32,000 nucleotides of DNA from Wallemia ichthyophaga EXF-994 (Eukaryota; Fungi; Basidiomycota), in NCBI RefSeq assembly GCF_000400465.1, contig NW_008806296.1, forward strand, positions 82,749-114,748, in the 5' to 3' direction. Below, piece by piece: positions 1-12,979 of this stretch (position 1 is its first letter; each line of letters opens with the position of its first letter). The position numbers were made by a program, and so were the translations under genes. Below the pieces are notes generated by a model. It had not been told where the DNA came from. It worked only from the letters and a program-made list of their open reading frames with translations, and made no database searches.

Positions 1-2
1 AT

Positions 3-884
3 GTGCCTAGCACATCTGTATCGCCGCTGCCGCTCCCGAGTCCGCCACTGCAGATGCAGACGCTATGGGAGGGGCGTCCGCAGGTAGCACTACATGCACA
101 GCCTACCCCCGACTCTCTCTCGCGCCGACTCGTCAGCCAATGCATGGCACTAGGGTGTCAAGTAGCTTCGCGGTGGCTAGGGGAGCGTGACGTTCCCGGT
201 GTGAACCGCGGCGCACCCGTCCCCGAATCAGCCCTACCTGGTGCGATGGAAGAGCTACTATCACAACGCGACCAAGTAACGGGTGAGGTGTCCACCGCTG
301 CCGTGTCTACCGCCGAGGCTAGTTTCACAGGCGGAACACTCTCTTCACGTCCCATTCCCCACTCCCTTAATGGATGCATGGATGGTTACGCTCGTGTTAC
401 ATCCCCCCTGAGACGATATAGCGATTTGGTAATGCACTACCAGATTCGCAGCGCTCTGCTAGCTCATCACTCCCCGACCGAGCGCGTGCCATGGATGTAT
501 AAAACGCACGATGAAATGGAGGTATTCCTCAATAAATGTCGCCAGTTTGAGGGACCGCACAGCCGCATAAGTAATCGCGTAAACGATTATTGGGTGGTAA
601 GGGAACTCAGACGCAGACATGCATGCTCGGAAGGCGGATGGGAGGCGCACGCACCCCTCACTTGCACTATCACTGGTGCGTGGAAGAATGACGGCGCAGG
701 AACACGTAGTTGGGCGCCGTGCGAGGTCGGCGATCTCGGAAATATGGGCGCGAGGCTCGTCAAGGATCACATCACTCCTCATCACCTCTTCAAAGCTGAC
801 ATAGGTAGGGTTGTTAGAGGATCACCGCTCGATTTCCAACTCTATGAAAGCGCGAGATTGATCGTCAAGTTGGAGGAAATGTAG
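3..884 (+). CDS. RNB-domain (RNase II/R family) exoribonuclease, C-terminal part; probably mitochondrial DSS1/CYT-4-like; 5'-truncated by the window edge
   Basis: GYARVTSPLRRYSDLVMHYQI matches the RNB C-terminal motif (TSPxRRYxD). The ORF is open from the window start. The DSS1-type assignment is inference. Confidence 0.8.
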   Translation: MPSTSVSPLPLPSPPLQMQTLWEGRPQVALHAQPTPDSLSRRLVSQCMALGCQVASRWLGERDVPGVNRGAPVPESALPGAMEELLSQRDQVTGEVSTAAVSTAEASFTGGTLSSRPIPHSLNGCMDGYARVTSPLRRYSDLVMHYQIRSALLAHHSPTERVPWMYKTHDEMEVFLNKCRQFEGPHSRISNRVNDYWVVRELRRRHACSEGGWEAHAPLTCTITGAWKNDGAGTRSWAPCEVGDLGNMGARLVKDHITPHHLFKADIGRVVRGSPLDFQLYESARLIVKLEEM

Positions 885-980
885 GTGGCTCGTTGAGTGT
901 GAGGTGTGTTGCTGACTGGAGCATATCAAAGGTAATTTATTTATTTAGACTGTTTCTACTCTATACACATACATATTATA

Positions 981-2564
981 TTACACATCACTGCTTTGGT
1001 TTTGACTTTTAGTTTTGCTCTTCTTTTTGTTATTCTTGTTTTTGTTCTTGCGTTTCTTTGCTGGGGCAGCTGCTGCTACTCTGGCTCCTTCTGCAGTATC
1101 CACTCTCTCGAAACAAGCCACAAAGAATCCATTGGTGCGGTCGGTTCCAGGAGAACAGCGAATGACGCTCTGCGCCAAACCGACATCACCACCAAACGGC
1201 TCAGAGTGACCGCGCGTAGGCCATTCCGGCAGACACGAGTCTCTGCTCGCAAGTCTAAAATCGGGATGCTGGATGAGCGAATTCATAACCACGCACTCAT
1301 TCTCCTCCTCGTGCACTGAGCAGGTAGAGTATACGATGCGGCGTACATTTGGAACTAAAGTGGCGTGATATGTTGGTTGGTTGATACGCAATACGCACAC
1401 TACCCACATTTCATCGCATGTCCTATGATAGTCTCCTGGAAAGCCGCCAAGGCACTGAGACGGTCATCGTGCGCCTCTCTGTCGTCGTTATCTGGTGTGT
1501 GTGTGAACATCAAGGCTATAAACCTTCCACGCCGCCAACGCACCTTGTTCAGTGAGGTAATCGAGTCTGTTGACAATCCCAGAGCCCGTACAGCTCGGGT
1601 CGAGGAGGATGTGTGTGACGTCGGCGTGTGCAAATGGATCGCAATGGGTGAAATCACCCAGGACGTTTTGGGTGTTAGCGCAACCAGCCACACTGACCAT
1701 CTTTTCGAGCGTCGCAAATCGTTTTGGCATGTGCTCGTAAGCGAGTAGCTTGCCTTTGTTGTGCATGAGCGACGACAGCAGCGTAGTCTTGTTGCCGGGT
1801 GCCGCCGTCGCATCGATGACCGTGCCCATGTTGTGACTCTGACTGTCCAATTCACTCGCCAGCCTCTTGCCATATGTTTTGAGCTCATTCAGCAGCACTA
1901 CCGGTGGCATGCAGCTCGCTAGATCTTGCAGTATTACCTCCCCGCTGTTGTACATGTCGCTCGACGTTATGCGTTGCGATAGCCTTACATGCACTGCTAT
2001 CAGGCTCGGTATATGTTCCACTACCCTGTATGCGTCACTCGCTAGTGGCTGCTCATTGCTCGTCTTATCCTCGCGCAAACCCAGCAGCTGAGCCAGCTTG
2101 GTGACGCCATCGATAAATGCTATTTTGTTTGTGTTGATGCGCAGGTATCTCGGAATAAGTTCTCCTTCAGATTCAGCCTTCCTACCCAAATCACTATTCG
2201 TCGTCACACCAGCCTTGACTCTCAACTTGGTGAGTTCCCCCCTTAATCTCGTTTTGTGGCGCAGAATTGCATCTTTGATCGGCCCTGAGCCAGCTTCAAT
2301 CGCCTGCCGCTTTGAGAATAGCAGGTCGTGTAGAAGAACCATGACAAGATAAATAGGATCGCCTTGTGGCTTGGCAATCTTAATCGCCTTCTTCTCTTTA
2401 TCTAGCAACCCAGTCACTCCAACCAGCTGCTTTATCACATCCTGGTACTTGAGCGTCTCCAGTACAAGAGCGAGCAGTCGCTTGGAATGGGCGTACGATT
2501 TAACCGACGTCTGCTTGTTAAGCACCCTCTCAACTGCCTCCGACGCCTGACGATAGAATTCCAT
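981..2564 (-). CDS. RCM1: 25S rRNA (cytosine-C5) methyltransferase, NSUN5/Rcm1 family
   Basis: Exons 2564-1544, 1491-1408, 1354-981 (introns 52 and 53 nt) give 1479 nt in frame. Motifs: IDATAAPGNKTT, ILLDPSCTGSG, IVYSTCSVHEEENE, GFFVACF. The C-terminal tail is K-rich. Confidence 0.92.
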
Positions 2565-2704
2565 CCGTTGGTTGCTACGATTGCTATCACTCAAGACACA
2601 CATATAAAACGTAGAAAAACTTCAAAAGTCCAATACATCCCTAAAACTATACATTTATCCTCCCTCATCTGACTAATCCATCTTTCTTGCTTTTTTTTTA
2701 CTCT

Positions 2705-5271
2705 TTATACTTCTGGCGCTGGTGAATATGTCGACGGTGAGTTTGTGCTCGGTGGACCCGGTGAGCCAACTCCCACTGCTCGTATGTGTGTCATCTGTGG
2801 CGCTGGGTAAGGTACCAGTGGTGTCATCTGAGGTGAAGGTGATGGGTATGCTGCAAAAACTGTTCCTCCTCCTTGGCTTGGTTGTGATTGCTGTGATTGC
2901 TGTGGTGTTGGTGTTGTTGATTGATGTTGTGGGTGTCCAGGTGGTGGCCCTCCCATTGGCGGCCTGTTTTGCATATTAGGTGAAAATTGTGGCATATATG
3001 CTTGTCTGGGTGCTTGCAATCCTGCCGCCATCGCAGCTTGGAACATTTGCGCAGGTGGTGGTCCTTGACCTGGTTGCATTTGTGGTCCAAATCCGATCGC
3101 TTGTCCTGAGGGTGGTCCAGCTATGAATTGTGGTACCATTCCATATGGTCCTGGGCCTGGCCCTGGTGGTGCCCCAGGTGCTCCTGGTGCTCCCATTGGT
3201 CCTCCTCCATTTGGCATTGGTGACTGTCCGCCAAATGGAATTCTATAGTAGTACGGCTGCCCTTGACTCATTGCCGCTTGTGCTTGTGCTTGTGCTGCGG
3301 CTTGTGCTTGTGCAATCACCATATTCTGAGCTGCAACAGCTTCATCAGGTGAACCATAATCATTGTTTCCATAGTACTGATTACTTGGAAACCTCGATTT
3401 ATATGACTTTCCACTGAATTGCCAGTGTGGTCCAATCTGTTGTGCTTCCATTACTGTTTGATTCTTGAATGGATTGAAATCTTCCTTTACGTGCAGCCCA
3501 GACAAGCCACGTTTAATTGGCTTTGTACCAAAAAATGGATTTTTAATAGGCGTCGGAGCGCTAGTACTAGTAACTTGAGAAGTTGATTGTGATGGTGGTT
3601 TTGGTGATAGGTTGTTAGATGATCCACCTGGTGTAAAAGACATGGCATTTGGATTAGGTTTGAATGAGAAGGCTTTTGGATTCAAAGATTTTGATCCACC
3701 TGCAGTTGATGTGCTAGCTTGTGATAAGGCAGGTGAAACAACTGAACGGCGATCGACAGGAGGTGAACCTGGAGATTGATTGGTAGCCGGTTGTGAGACA
3801 TGACGATTGCGCTCAGCTCTGACAGCCTTTACGCGCTCAGGGTTGAAAGGCGGAATCTTGGGTATGTTCATGTACTGCTTCAAAGAAGGTGACTTGGATT
3901 GTTTGAAGTCGTCCGGCTTTGCATTTGACTTGGTTGAGGTGTCAGAGATTGATTTATCAGATTCCTTCTCCTTCTCCTTTCTCTCATTCTTTGCAACGAT
4001 ACCTGCGATATCTTCTGGCATATCAGTCTTGAGCTTGAAAGACTGACCAAACTTGATCAAATCAGCAACTGTAGATGACTTTTCTTGGTTTACGAGTGCT
4101 TGCTTCTTTTGTTGTAAGCGCTCTTTTTCATTTGAGACAAAAGCTCTAAAGTCACCAATAAGAGAAGGGTCCGAAGGTTTTGTGGGCACTTTCTCATGAG
4201 GTAATTGCATTTGAACTTGGGATTTTGGAGCGGTGGGTGGCTGAGGCTGTTGTTGTTGCTCTGGTTGACTGGGTTGTTGTTCTTTTTGCTGCAATGGCTG
4301 CTCTGGCTGTTGCACTGGTTGTTGCACTGGTTGTTGCAATGGCTGCTCTTCTGGTTGCTGCAATGACTGCTGTTGTTGCACCTTCTGTGAAGCTCTACGT
4401 GCTTGTGGAGGAACATATGCATTTGGACCTCTTGTGACGCCAGAATACTTTTCTTCCTCGGTTAAAGCCACAGACTGACCTCTTTCTTCATTAACGTGAG
4501 CGTTTGAAGATTGCTGGTTAAGAATTTCTTTTGCCAGTTTATCAGCCTTCTTCTCGCGTTCTTTGTAGTCATTTCCCGACCTATCGAGCTTTGTAGTGTA
4601 CATTTCCTCATTGTAGTTTGTTTGTAATCCAAACATCTGTTCGTTTGCCTTGAATTGATCCCAGGCGCCACCTTGATGATTATCTTGTGTCTCCACAGAC
4701 TCATTACTTGGATAATCATCCGCCCAGCTCAACGACGCAGAAGCGTCTTGTGAGGATGAAATGATAGCAGGATCATCCGGTAAGACGTCTGGCGTCCAAG
4801 GCTTTAGCTCGCGTTCGTTGGTGTGCTTAGCTTTAGAGATATCTGTATCGACTTTGAAGGCTTTTGGAGTTGTGAGATTGAGTGAATTGTAGCACCACTA
4901 ATACCACTCACAATCAGCCTTTATTTGCTCCAAGTCGACCAAGTCTTTGAGCTGTACTTTTGTGTGTTTGGTGTCCTGCTTAAGTGTAATCTCATGATTG
5001 GCTGAAATGAGTGTCCCTCTGAGTTTCTCGTTTTGACGCGTGGAGATGACGACTTGCTTGCCCTAAAAGCGTGTTAGATTGGAATATACGTCATCATATA
5101 CTCACTATCGCTCCTTGTAACTTATCTGCGCTCTTATTATGGGTTCTCCAGCTCTGTCTCCTGGACCTTGTAAGCAGGTGGCTGGTACACAGCCCAATAA
5201 TAAACCCACCTTGCACCATTGTTAAATGAATTGTTGTTGTTTCTCTTTCCCCCTCTGCTCGCTTGATTCAT
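2705..5271 (-). CDS. PBP1: Ataxin-2/Pbp1 poly(A)-binding-protein interactor (Lsm + LsmAD + low-complexity Q/P/G C-terminus)
   Basis: Exons 5271-5210, 5166-5106, 5062-4912, 4860-2705 (introns 43, 43, 51 nt) give 2430 nt in frame. Motifs: FKVDTDIS; LsmAD WDQFKANEQMFGLQTNYNEEMYTTKLDRS; PAM2-like LNPKAFSFKP. Confidence 0.88.
4250..4380 (-). repeat. Coding tandem repeat encoding QQPVQQPVQQPEQPLQQ within PBP1
   Basis: Imperfect 12-nt units (ttgttgcactgg) are visible at about 4308-4338, inside a Gln/Pro-rich stretch. Confidence 0.75.
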
Positions 5272-5352
5272 TTCAATCTCAGCGTATGAGTATTAAGTGG
5301 TTGCAGTCCAAGATATTTGTGAAAAAATAAATATATCTCTATTTTTTATATT

Positions 5353-8300
5353 CTAATGTCCACTTCTTCCAATAGCCCGTGCTTCGTCTACTCTCGGTAA
5401 CTTGTACTCCCCTTCCCCAGTTGGTGCTCCCAGGAACTCCGCTTTGACCAACCACGCGACGTATAATCCCAACAAAGGCATATCAACCGTCGTCTTGACC
5501 TTCTCATCCGCCTTGGACTTCTTGATCAACTCTTGTGCATTCTTGTCATCCAGCGATGCACTCTTGGTCGACGTAGGCAGGTCATCCAAAACAAAGTGCA
5601 GCAATGGGAACAATGCGTTATCTCCAACTTCCATTACGTGCTTCTCCAGCTCTGACCTCCACACAAGATAGTCACTCGTCTGAACTTGATATCCGTATTT
5701 CTCCAGACATCCTAATAAGTCTGAGTAACGCACAGGTGGTCGAGCTGTTACGTGGACAACTCCATTACTATTTCCGTCTTCAACCCTACTCAGCATAGAC
5801 AGTGTTGTAAGTCTGGCGACGTGATCAACGGGTACCATGTTAACAAAGTTGTGGATATTTGGCACTTGTCCGAGTTGTACGCATCCCTTGACTAACCTCC
5901 ACAGAAAGTCATCCGTGTTTGTCACTTTTGCCTCATTAGATTGTTTTCATTAGTAGATCACCTCACCTACCTGCTGACTCTGAATCTCCAACAACGTACC
6001 CCGGTCTAACTATCGTACAGGCCAAGCCTCGCTTCGTGGCCTCCATCAAAAGCTTCTCGGCGACCCACTTGCTCTGTCCGTAACCAGTGCCAAGTCCCTC
6101 GCGAGCGCCTTCAAGATCATCTGACTCGAGCACACCTGAAGATTGACCGGACAGTGTCAATTCATCAGAAAGCTTGATGTAATGTTCAGTATCGAGTGCG
6201 GAAGTTGAAGACACAAATGACAACGCCTTAGCCTTCTGGTTGGCTGCCAGTTCAATAGCAGTCATTGTAGAGAGAACGTTAGCCGAACGAAGCTTGCCGT
6301 ACGAGTAAACCCAGTGCACAAATGCACCATTGTGAATTATGGCGTCAGAGTCACTCGAAAGCCTATTCCACTCCTTTTCGTCTAATCCAAAATGCTTAGA
6401 TTCAAGATCACCAACTACTGCCTCAACTCTGCCCTGCTTGACCCACGTCTCATCCCATGAATGACGCGCTGATCCACCCTGTCTGAGTCTGTTGATACCG
6501 TCCTCGTTCGATTTAGCACGAACAACACAGATTACTTTATCCACTCTGTCTCCACGCAACTTGAGCAGATCACGCAGAACAAAAGCACCAAGGAAACCAG
6601 TGGCACCAGTCAAAACCACAGTAAGCTTCTTGTTGTTCAAGTCTGATGGTAGTGCTGGGTACTTGTCAGCCAATCGAGGTATGAGAGAATCGAAATCGTT
6701 TCCGTAATGAACCTCATCCGACGCTGCTTTGTCATCCTTCTTCACACCGACAACGTCAGCATGCAGTCCGAGATCGGCTGCCTTCATTCCTTCAATTGAG
6801 TAGGCCAATCCTTCAATAGTTGGCTGCTCGAACACCAATCCGAGCGGTGCTTCAACGACGAGAGCTTTTCTTATCTCGAAAATCAATCGAGTCGCCAAAA
6901 TGGAGTGACCACCTAAATCGAAAAAGTTGTCATCTAAAGCGATAGATGATGGTGCTGAAGGAAGAAGATTCTTCCAGACATCGTGGATAGTTTGTTGAAT
7001 TGGAGTAAGCTTACGGTCGTCACCCACGTTTGTACGCGGCGTAAGAATAGCCGTATCTGGGAATGGCAGAGCTGGCTTGTCGATCTTACCATTTGGATTG
7101 AGTGGCATGCGCGTGAGTGGGATGAAAACTGAAAAATCTAGTCAGCATCATTCAAATAAAATACTAAGACTCACTAGATGGGATCGAATACGTTGGTAGC
7201 TTGGTTTTGAGATGCTCGCGCATGTTCTTGATAAGCTTACGGTAACGCTTCAGTCCTCTAGCAATCTCCCTTGAACGATCATCCTGAACGTCGTGACCTT
7301 CATCTTCGTCGTTACTCATGTATCCTTCAAGCTCGCTTGTTTCATTTGGAACAAAGTACGACACAAGAACCTTTTCCTCGTCCTTGTCACGTCTGACGAG
7401 AGTAACATTGTTTCTTACCAATGGATGAGCTGAAAGGTGAGTATCGATCTCACCCAACTCAATTCTAAATCCACGGATCTTGATTTGGTCATCTGCTCTA
7501 CCAGTACACTCTACCAACCCATCTGGGCCATATCTACCTAAATCGCCAGTTCTGTACATTCTGTCACGAATACCTTTCCAATATTTACTGTAGTCTGGTT
7601 TCGTTTCGGCTATGGTATCTCTCCTTTCAACGCCAAAGCCAAACCAATTCTCGGTGAATTTCTCCTTAGTAGCATTTGGATCTAAATAACCCTCTGACAG
7701 ACCACCTGAACGGACGTAAATCTCGCCGACTTCACCAACACCACATAGGACGTTCTTGTCCTGGCGATTAACAACAAGTAACTGCACGTCAATCATTCCC
7801 TGACCAGCTGGCATTATATCTTTTTGTCTACCGAGGAAAGAAGAATTAGCGTTAACTGAAGGGATAGAGTAGTATGATACTGCTCTTTGGGTCTCAGTTG
7901 TACCGTACATGTTATTTATTTGAACGTTATGAGCTAAAGCTTGCAAACGAGTACAGTCACGTTTAGTGAGGACATCACCAACAAAGAAGGCATTCTTGAG
8001 AGACGGTATGTGTCTAACGGCCTGAGCTGACAGTAACTGACCCATCGCTGGTGTCAAGTGTGTGACTGTGACTTGGGAATCCGCCATCCACTCAGCAAGC
8101 TGACCTGGTGTGCCAATATCTTCAGACGTTGGAACGTGCAACTCAGCACCGAGGAAAAGAGGTGTGAAGATATCTCTTTGGATAGGGTCGTGTGCGATAC
8201 CACTAAGCATAGTGAACTTTTCATCCTTTGTCAAATTGAAACGCTCAGACATCCAAGGGAAAAAGTGGGTGAGTGAGTAGTGACGACCCATCACACCCTT

Positions 8301-9586
8301 TGGAATACCAGTTGAGCCAGAAGTGAAAGAAAGAGTGCCGATTGAATCAGGACCCAGTATAACACCTGGATGTTGAACAGATTTTGGTGATGGGTTTGCG
8401 AGTATGTCTTGTTGGCCATCGAGAGAGCCGCCTCTTAATCCATCTTTGGTGAGGCGCAAAGCAGGAACTTGGACGCACAAGTCTAGCTCCTGATTGATGT
8501 AGTCTTTGACTTCTGCCGACAGAACTCCGGCTCTGTCGAGCACCACCAAACCACGAGGACGCGCGACTTGCAAGTAGATATTTTGACGAGAAGGAGGGTA
8601 GGCGGGGTCTGTTGAGTATCGAGGTTAGTTAATGTAAATGAAATGAAATATTATCGCCTACCAATAACAGAGAAGGTAGCTCCAGCTTTGAGAACACCCA
8701 TGACAGCAACGACCAAGTCAACACCTCTGTAGGCGTAAACCATAACGACCTCCTCTCTTTGTATACCACCATTCAAAAGATGGTGAGCGAGTATATTAGA
8801 TGCGCCGTCGATTTCCTTATACGACCACGTTTGTTTGTTGCCTTGGTCAGTGCTCTCAACGATGCAAGTGCGAGTTGGATCGATATGAGCATTTTTTGAG
8901 AATATGTCGGTGATGGCACCCTTATAGCCACACCAGTCGAGGTCAGCGCGAGGATCAGGTAAAATACCAGCCTGAGACTCGGTGAAGAGAGGAAAAGAGC
9001 CAATGTTTGAAATGTTGGCAGTGTTATTCCTGAGGAGGTTGAATTGCATGATAAGGCTCTTTATTCTCTGGTTTGAGAAGAGGAGTGCGTTGTAGACAAC
9101 GGCGATAGATTTCTCAACCTGATCGTAGTAAACAGCCAAATCGGAAGCTAATGCCGATTGAGTGCGCTCGTTGGGGGTGGTTGAGAGAGAGACTCTAAAG
9201 ATGGTGCTATCGTTTGAATGGCTTGCCTTGAGAATCTCAGACCTAAGCTGATCAAAGGGAACAGCGTATTTCTTTGCATCGTCTAGTGTTTGCTCAACGT
9301 GGGCAACAAGAGAACCGAAAGACGCCGCTGGATCGATTTCGAACCTCGAGAACGATGGCTCGTCGTCACTGTTGAATCCGAGAATGATGGATGTATCCCC
9401 AGTGTATCTGTACAGCAGCATCAAGTAAATTGAGATTAGCTGCGATTGTTGTGCAGATTGATCGACGCGGAACTTCTCAACGGCTTCGATGAACTTTGGC
9501 TGTGAAGGCATTGGATAATCTGTAGGCAGAGCCAGTGCTGGGATGCCCCCAATATGCGTGCGCCATCTATCGAGTCTTTCAGACAT
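5353..9586 (-). CDS. LYS2: L-aminoadipate-semialdehyde dehydrogenase (alpha-aminoadipate reductase), NRPS-like A-T-R enzyme
   Basis: Exons 9586-8662, 8608-7175, 7128-5971, 5924-5353 (introns 53, 46, 46 nt) give 4089 nt. A-domain: FTSGSTGIPKG, YGTTE, YRTGDLGR. Carrier domain: FFDLGGHSIL. Reductase: LTGATGFLG, GYGQSKWVAE. Confidence 0.96.
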
Positions 9587-9888
9587 AGTAGTGAGGATGC
9601 AAGAGATAAAACAGGTAAAAGCGTGGATTTCGATGAAAATTCAAGTTGGTTAAATCCCAAGTGATCTCTATGGCCCCATCTATCGCATATGCCATATCTC
9701 TGCCATTTTCGGCGGTGATGAGAGATGAGTAGATCCGAATACAAGGGGACTATTTAGCTGCTGCTACGCATACGAATCCCCCTACTACCATAGCCACACG
9801 ATTTAAATTCAGTCACCGGGATTTGCACGCGATTTAATCTCTTGGACTCGTACCGTCAGCGGACTAAACGAGATACTGCGAATTAAAT

Positions 9889-12213
9889 ATGAGGGAAAGC
9901 AATTTCTCTAATCCAGCACAGAACAGAGCATCGTGTGTTGTTTCCACGTCTTTCTACGACCGCAAAGGTGAGCACACGCTCTAATTACACGCAGCCCACA
10001 CGGCTCACACAGTCCACACGATCAGCACTCGATGCACGCGATCCAGTAGCACTCATCAACTCACTCACTAACCTCCAATACCTCACCTCCGTTTCCCAGA
10101 AAGTCAGAGATATCGTGGCGTATGACGGTGGAATTGAGCGACTTGTGAGGATCATGAAGTGGGCAATGTCTATTTTGCTTGTCCCAGGCGCTTCTGCAAC
10201 TCCAACGCCTTTTCTACTCGCTCCCGATCGTGGTTCACAGCCTCTGCAAGGCGTGTATGACAGGCAGATTCTTTATATCTGGACTTTATCATTTCAGTGT
10301 TGCGTAAACATTGGCGTCAGGGGTTCTGAAGAGCTCCGCACAAAGGTCGTTCAAGCTGGTGTGCTTGATGTCGCAGGCGCTATCCTCGGGACTTGGAAAG
10401 CTTCAATGGATAGGTACAGATTGAAAAAGATTAAGGAGTATCACCTGCACACGATAAGCTTGAGAGGTGGGTCTTTGTCGACTACCTTGGTTTTCTAGAA
10501 TCGATTACTAATACCTGTCCATAGCCTGGCTTAATGATCAGAATAATCGCAAGGCAAGCAAATTGTCCGAATCTGCTGAGCCCTCTGCAACACCGGAATC
10601 TACCCTTCTTGGTGACGAGGAGCCGATCACGGGTCTCGGACAAGTGCATGTATCACAAGTGTCACCCATGCCACCCGCCGTTCCGAACAGCACTCCAATT
10701 TTCACAGATCAGGTTAATGAGCACGACCAGCCTGAGCCATCGACATCAACTCAGACTGAAGCATCAGAATCAAGGTCGTCGAGTGTCGTCCAATCGGAGG
10801 ATGACGTTGAGGAACAACCTGAGACAAACAATTACGTAAGATCGAGATCGGGGACAGTTGTTCCATCTAGTCAACAGACCATCATAAATTCCCAACCGAC
10901 GCCTGCAAATACTCCACAAGTAGTTGCAGGAATAGAAAATCAGCAACAGGAAACACCTCAACCAGGGCAAACGATGCAACCAGCAGCAGTAGCACAACCC
11001 ACCCAGCCGACACAACCTACGCAATCTACACTACCAACACAATCTACCAACTCATCACCCGTTACTCGCAGACCAATTGAGCATATAGAATATTTCAGGC
11101 CTGAAGAGAATACTATATACCGTGAAGAGGACGTTCTACTTGCTTTACAATTACTAGCATATATCTCAAAATACCCACACATAAGAGAAGGATTTCAAGC
11201 ACCTTCACGCGCATGGCAAGTTGGTAGACCATCATTTGATCCTGAAGAGAGTCCAATTGACAGACTTAGCTATAGAGATCATTATAAGAGGAACTTATTC
11301 TATATCGTCGAGTCATTCACCTATGAAGGACACATTGATGATCCTACATCGATATACCTCCCTTCAGAGATCAGGTATTGGGCAGGAGTAACGATGCGGA
11401 ATGCGTGTCGGAAGCATGAGTCATTTAATGGTATTAGGCAATGTGCCAATGTTGCATGTGGCAAGTGGGAGACATCTCCCAAGGAGTTTGCCAAGTGCAG
11501 GATCTGCAGAAAGGCCAAGTACTGCAGTAAGGAGTGTCAAAGCAGAGCGTGGCGCGTAGGACATAGATTCTGGTGAGTGAAAGAGTGATGATTAGGAATA
11601 ACTAGGTTAATATTTGAAATTTAACTGCAGGTGTCAAACACGATCGGATATGACGAACGAGAGCGACAACTATATAGCGCCATACCTGGCACGCGATAAT
11701 CAGCAGACGCCGCGCATGCGACCAGAGGCACAACCAACGCAGCAGATGCCTCAACCAGCATCACCACTCACCACATTCAACCAGATAAATCGTGATATTG
11801 ACAACTGGACGAATATGGGTGTAGAGACGGATACGACGGGAAACATGACGAATATGGCCAACATGACTAACATATTCGAGGATGATTTCAGGGGCTTCAC
11901 TGGGATGGATGGGGGTGGAAATGCACAGCAGAATCAATTTCAACTAGCGCCTTTGCGATTTGATGAGAATAATCCAGCCGCGGCGTTTAACACGGTGACG
12001 ACGGCGACGGCTGCAGCTGCAGCTGCAGCTACGGAAGATACACCGTCGCCGCCTACACAGTCAGTGTCGCCCGCATTGACAGCTTCGATTAGTGACGGTG
12101 CTGAAGAACGCGAGAGACGGAACCAAACGCAGGACTATCTTCCTCGCACTCGCTCCGCACTTTCAGAGGTACTCACAGTATCTACTGAAGAGCAGGAGAT
12201 GCAAGTGGATTGA
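9889..12213 (+). CDS. MUB1: MYND zinc-finger protein, Mub1/SamB family
   Basis: Exons 9889-9967, 10026-10466, 10525-11572, 11631-12213 (three 58-nt introns) give 2151 nt. The N-terminus is MRESNFSNPAQNRAS. The MYND finger CANVACGKWE...CRICRKAKYCSKECQSRAWRVGHRFWC is completed across the last intron. Confidence 0.85.
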
Positions 12214-12388
12214 GGGTCAGCCTCCTTTAATAATTTGCATAATAACATTGATAAAGATATAGTAATTATTTCACACATTGATTTAAGATAAAAGACAATT
12301 GAACAAGTAAGATAAGAAACATAAATGAGCATTTCTGCATTTCTGCATTTTTACAAATTAAATAGGCTGGCTTTGCGACATCTGGGTG

Positions 12389-12910
12389 ATGATTTCAAGG
12401 TGGGCAGTACAGCGAAGCGCAAGCCAGTGGAGCAAGCGAGGGAGGGAAAGTAGTGTGCCAGAGGGTTCTCGAGAGTGGGTGAAGAAGCTTCCAGCATTGA
12501 GCAAGAGTATCCCAGAAGATGCAATCGCCATCACGCACACACGTAGCTCGGGCAGTGGGGGGCAGCATGTGAACAAGACGGCGAGCAAAGCAGTAGGGCG
12601 AATGGGAGTGGTACAGGAGTGGTTACCTGCTTATGTGCACACAGCGCTACGAATTGACCCCCACTACGTCCGTTCGAGCGACGCAATCGTTGCAGCAGAC
12701 TCGAGCAGCCGGTCAGCACAACAGAATGCAGCGTGTGTGAGAAGGCGTATTGCGCAAATTATCGCTCATGCTAGCTCCCGCAACATTCCCGGAGATACTG
12801 CCCCAGCCAAGTCGCAGCGTGTAGAGCAGCTCAAGCGCAAGGAAAGCGCGAGCATGGAGAGGCGCAAGAAAATGCACAAGGAAAAGAAACAGCTGAGACG
12901 AGGCGACTAA
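12389..12910 (+). CDS. PTH4: Peptidyl-tRNA hydrolase ICT1/Pth4-like (codon-independent RF-1 domain), probably mitochondrial
   Basis: RSSGSGGQHVNK carries the GGQ motif, followed by SRSAQQN and a basic C-terminal tail. ATG is at 12389. Single exon. Confidence 0.8.
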   Translation: MISRWAVQRSASQWSKRGRESSVPEGSREWVKKLPALSKSIPEDAIAITHTRSSGSGGQHVNKTASKAVGRMGVVQEWLPAYVHTALRIDPHYVRSSDAIVAADSSSRSAQQNAACVRRRIAQIIAHASSRNIPGDTAPAKSQRVEQLKRKESASMERRKKMHKEKKQLRRGD

Positions 12911-12979
12911 TGTACTGAACCGATAAAGTGATATAGATGAACATGTAAGTAAATTAGTACACGACTATTGCGATATTCT

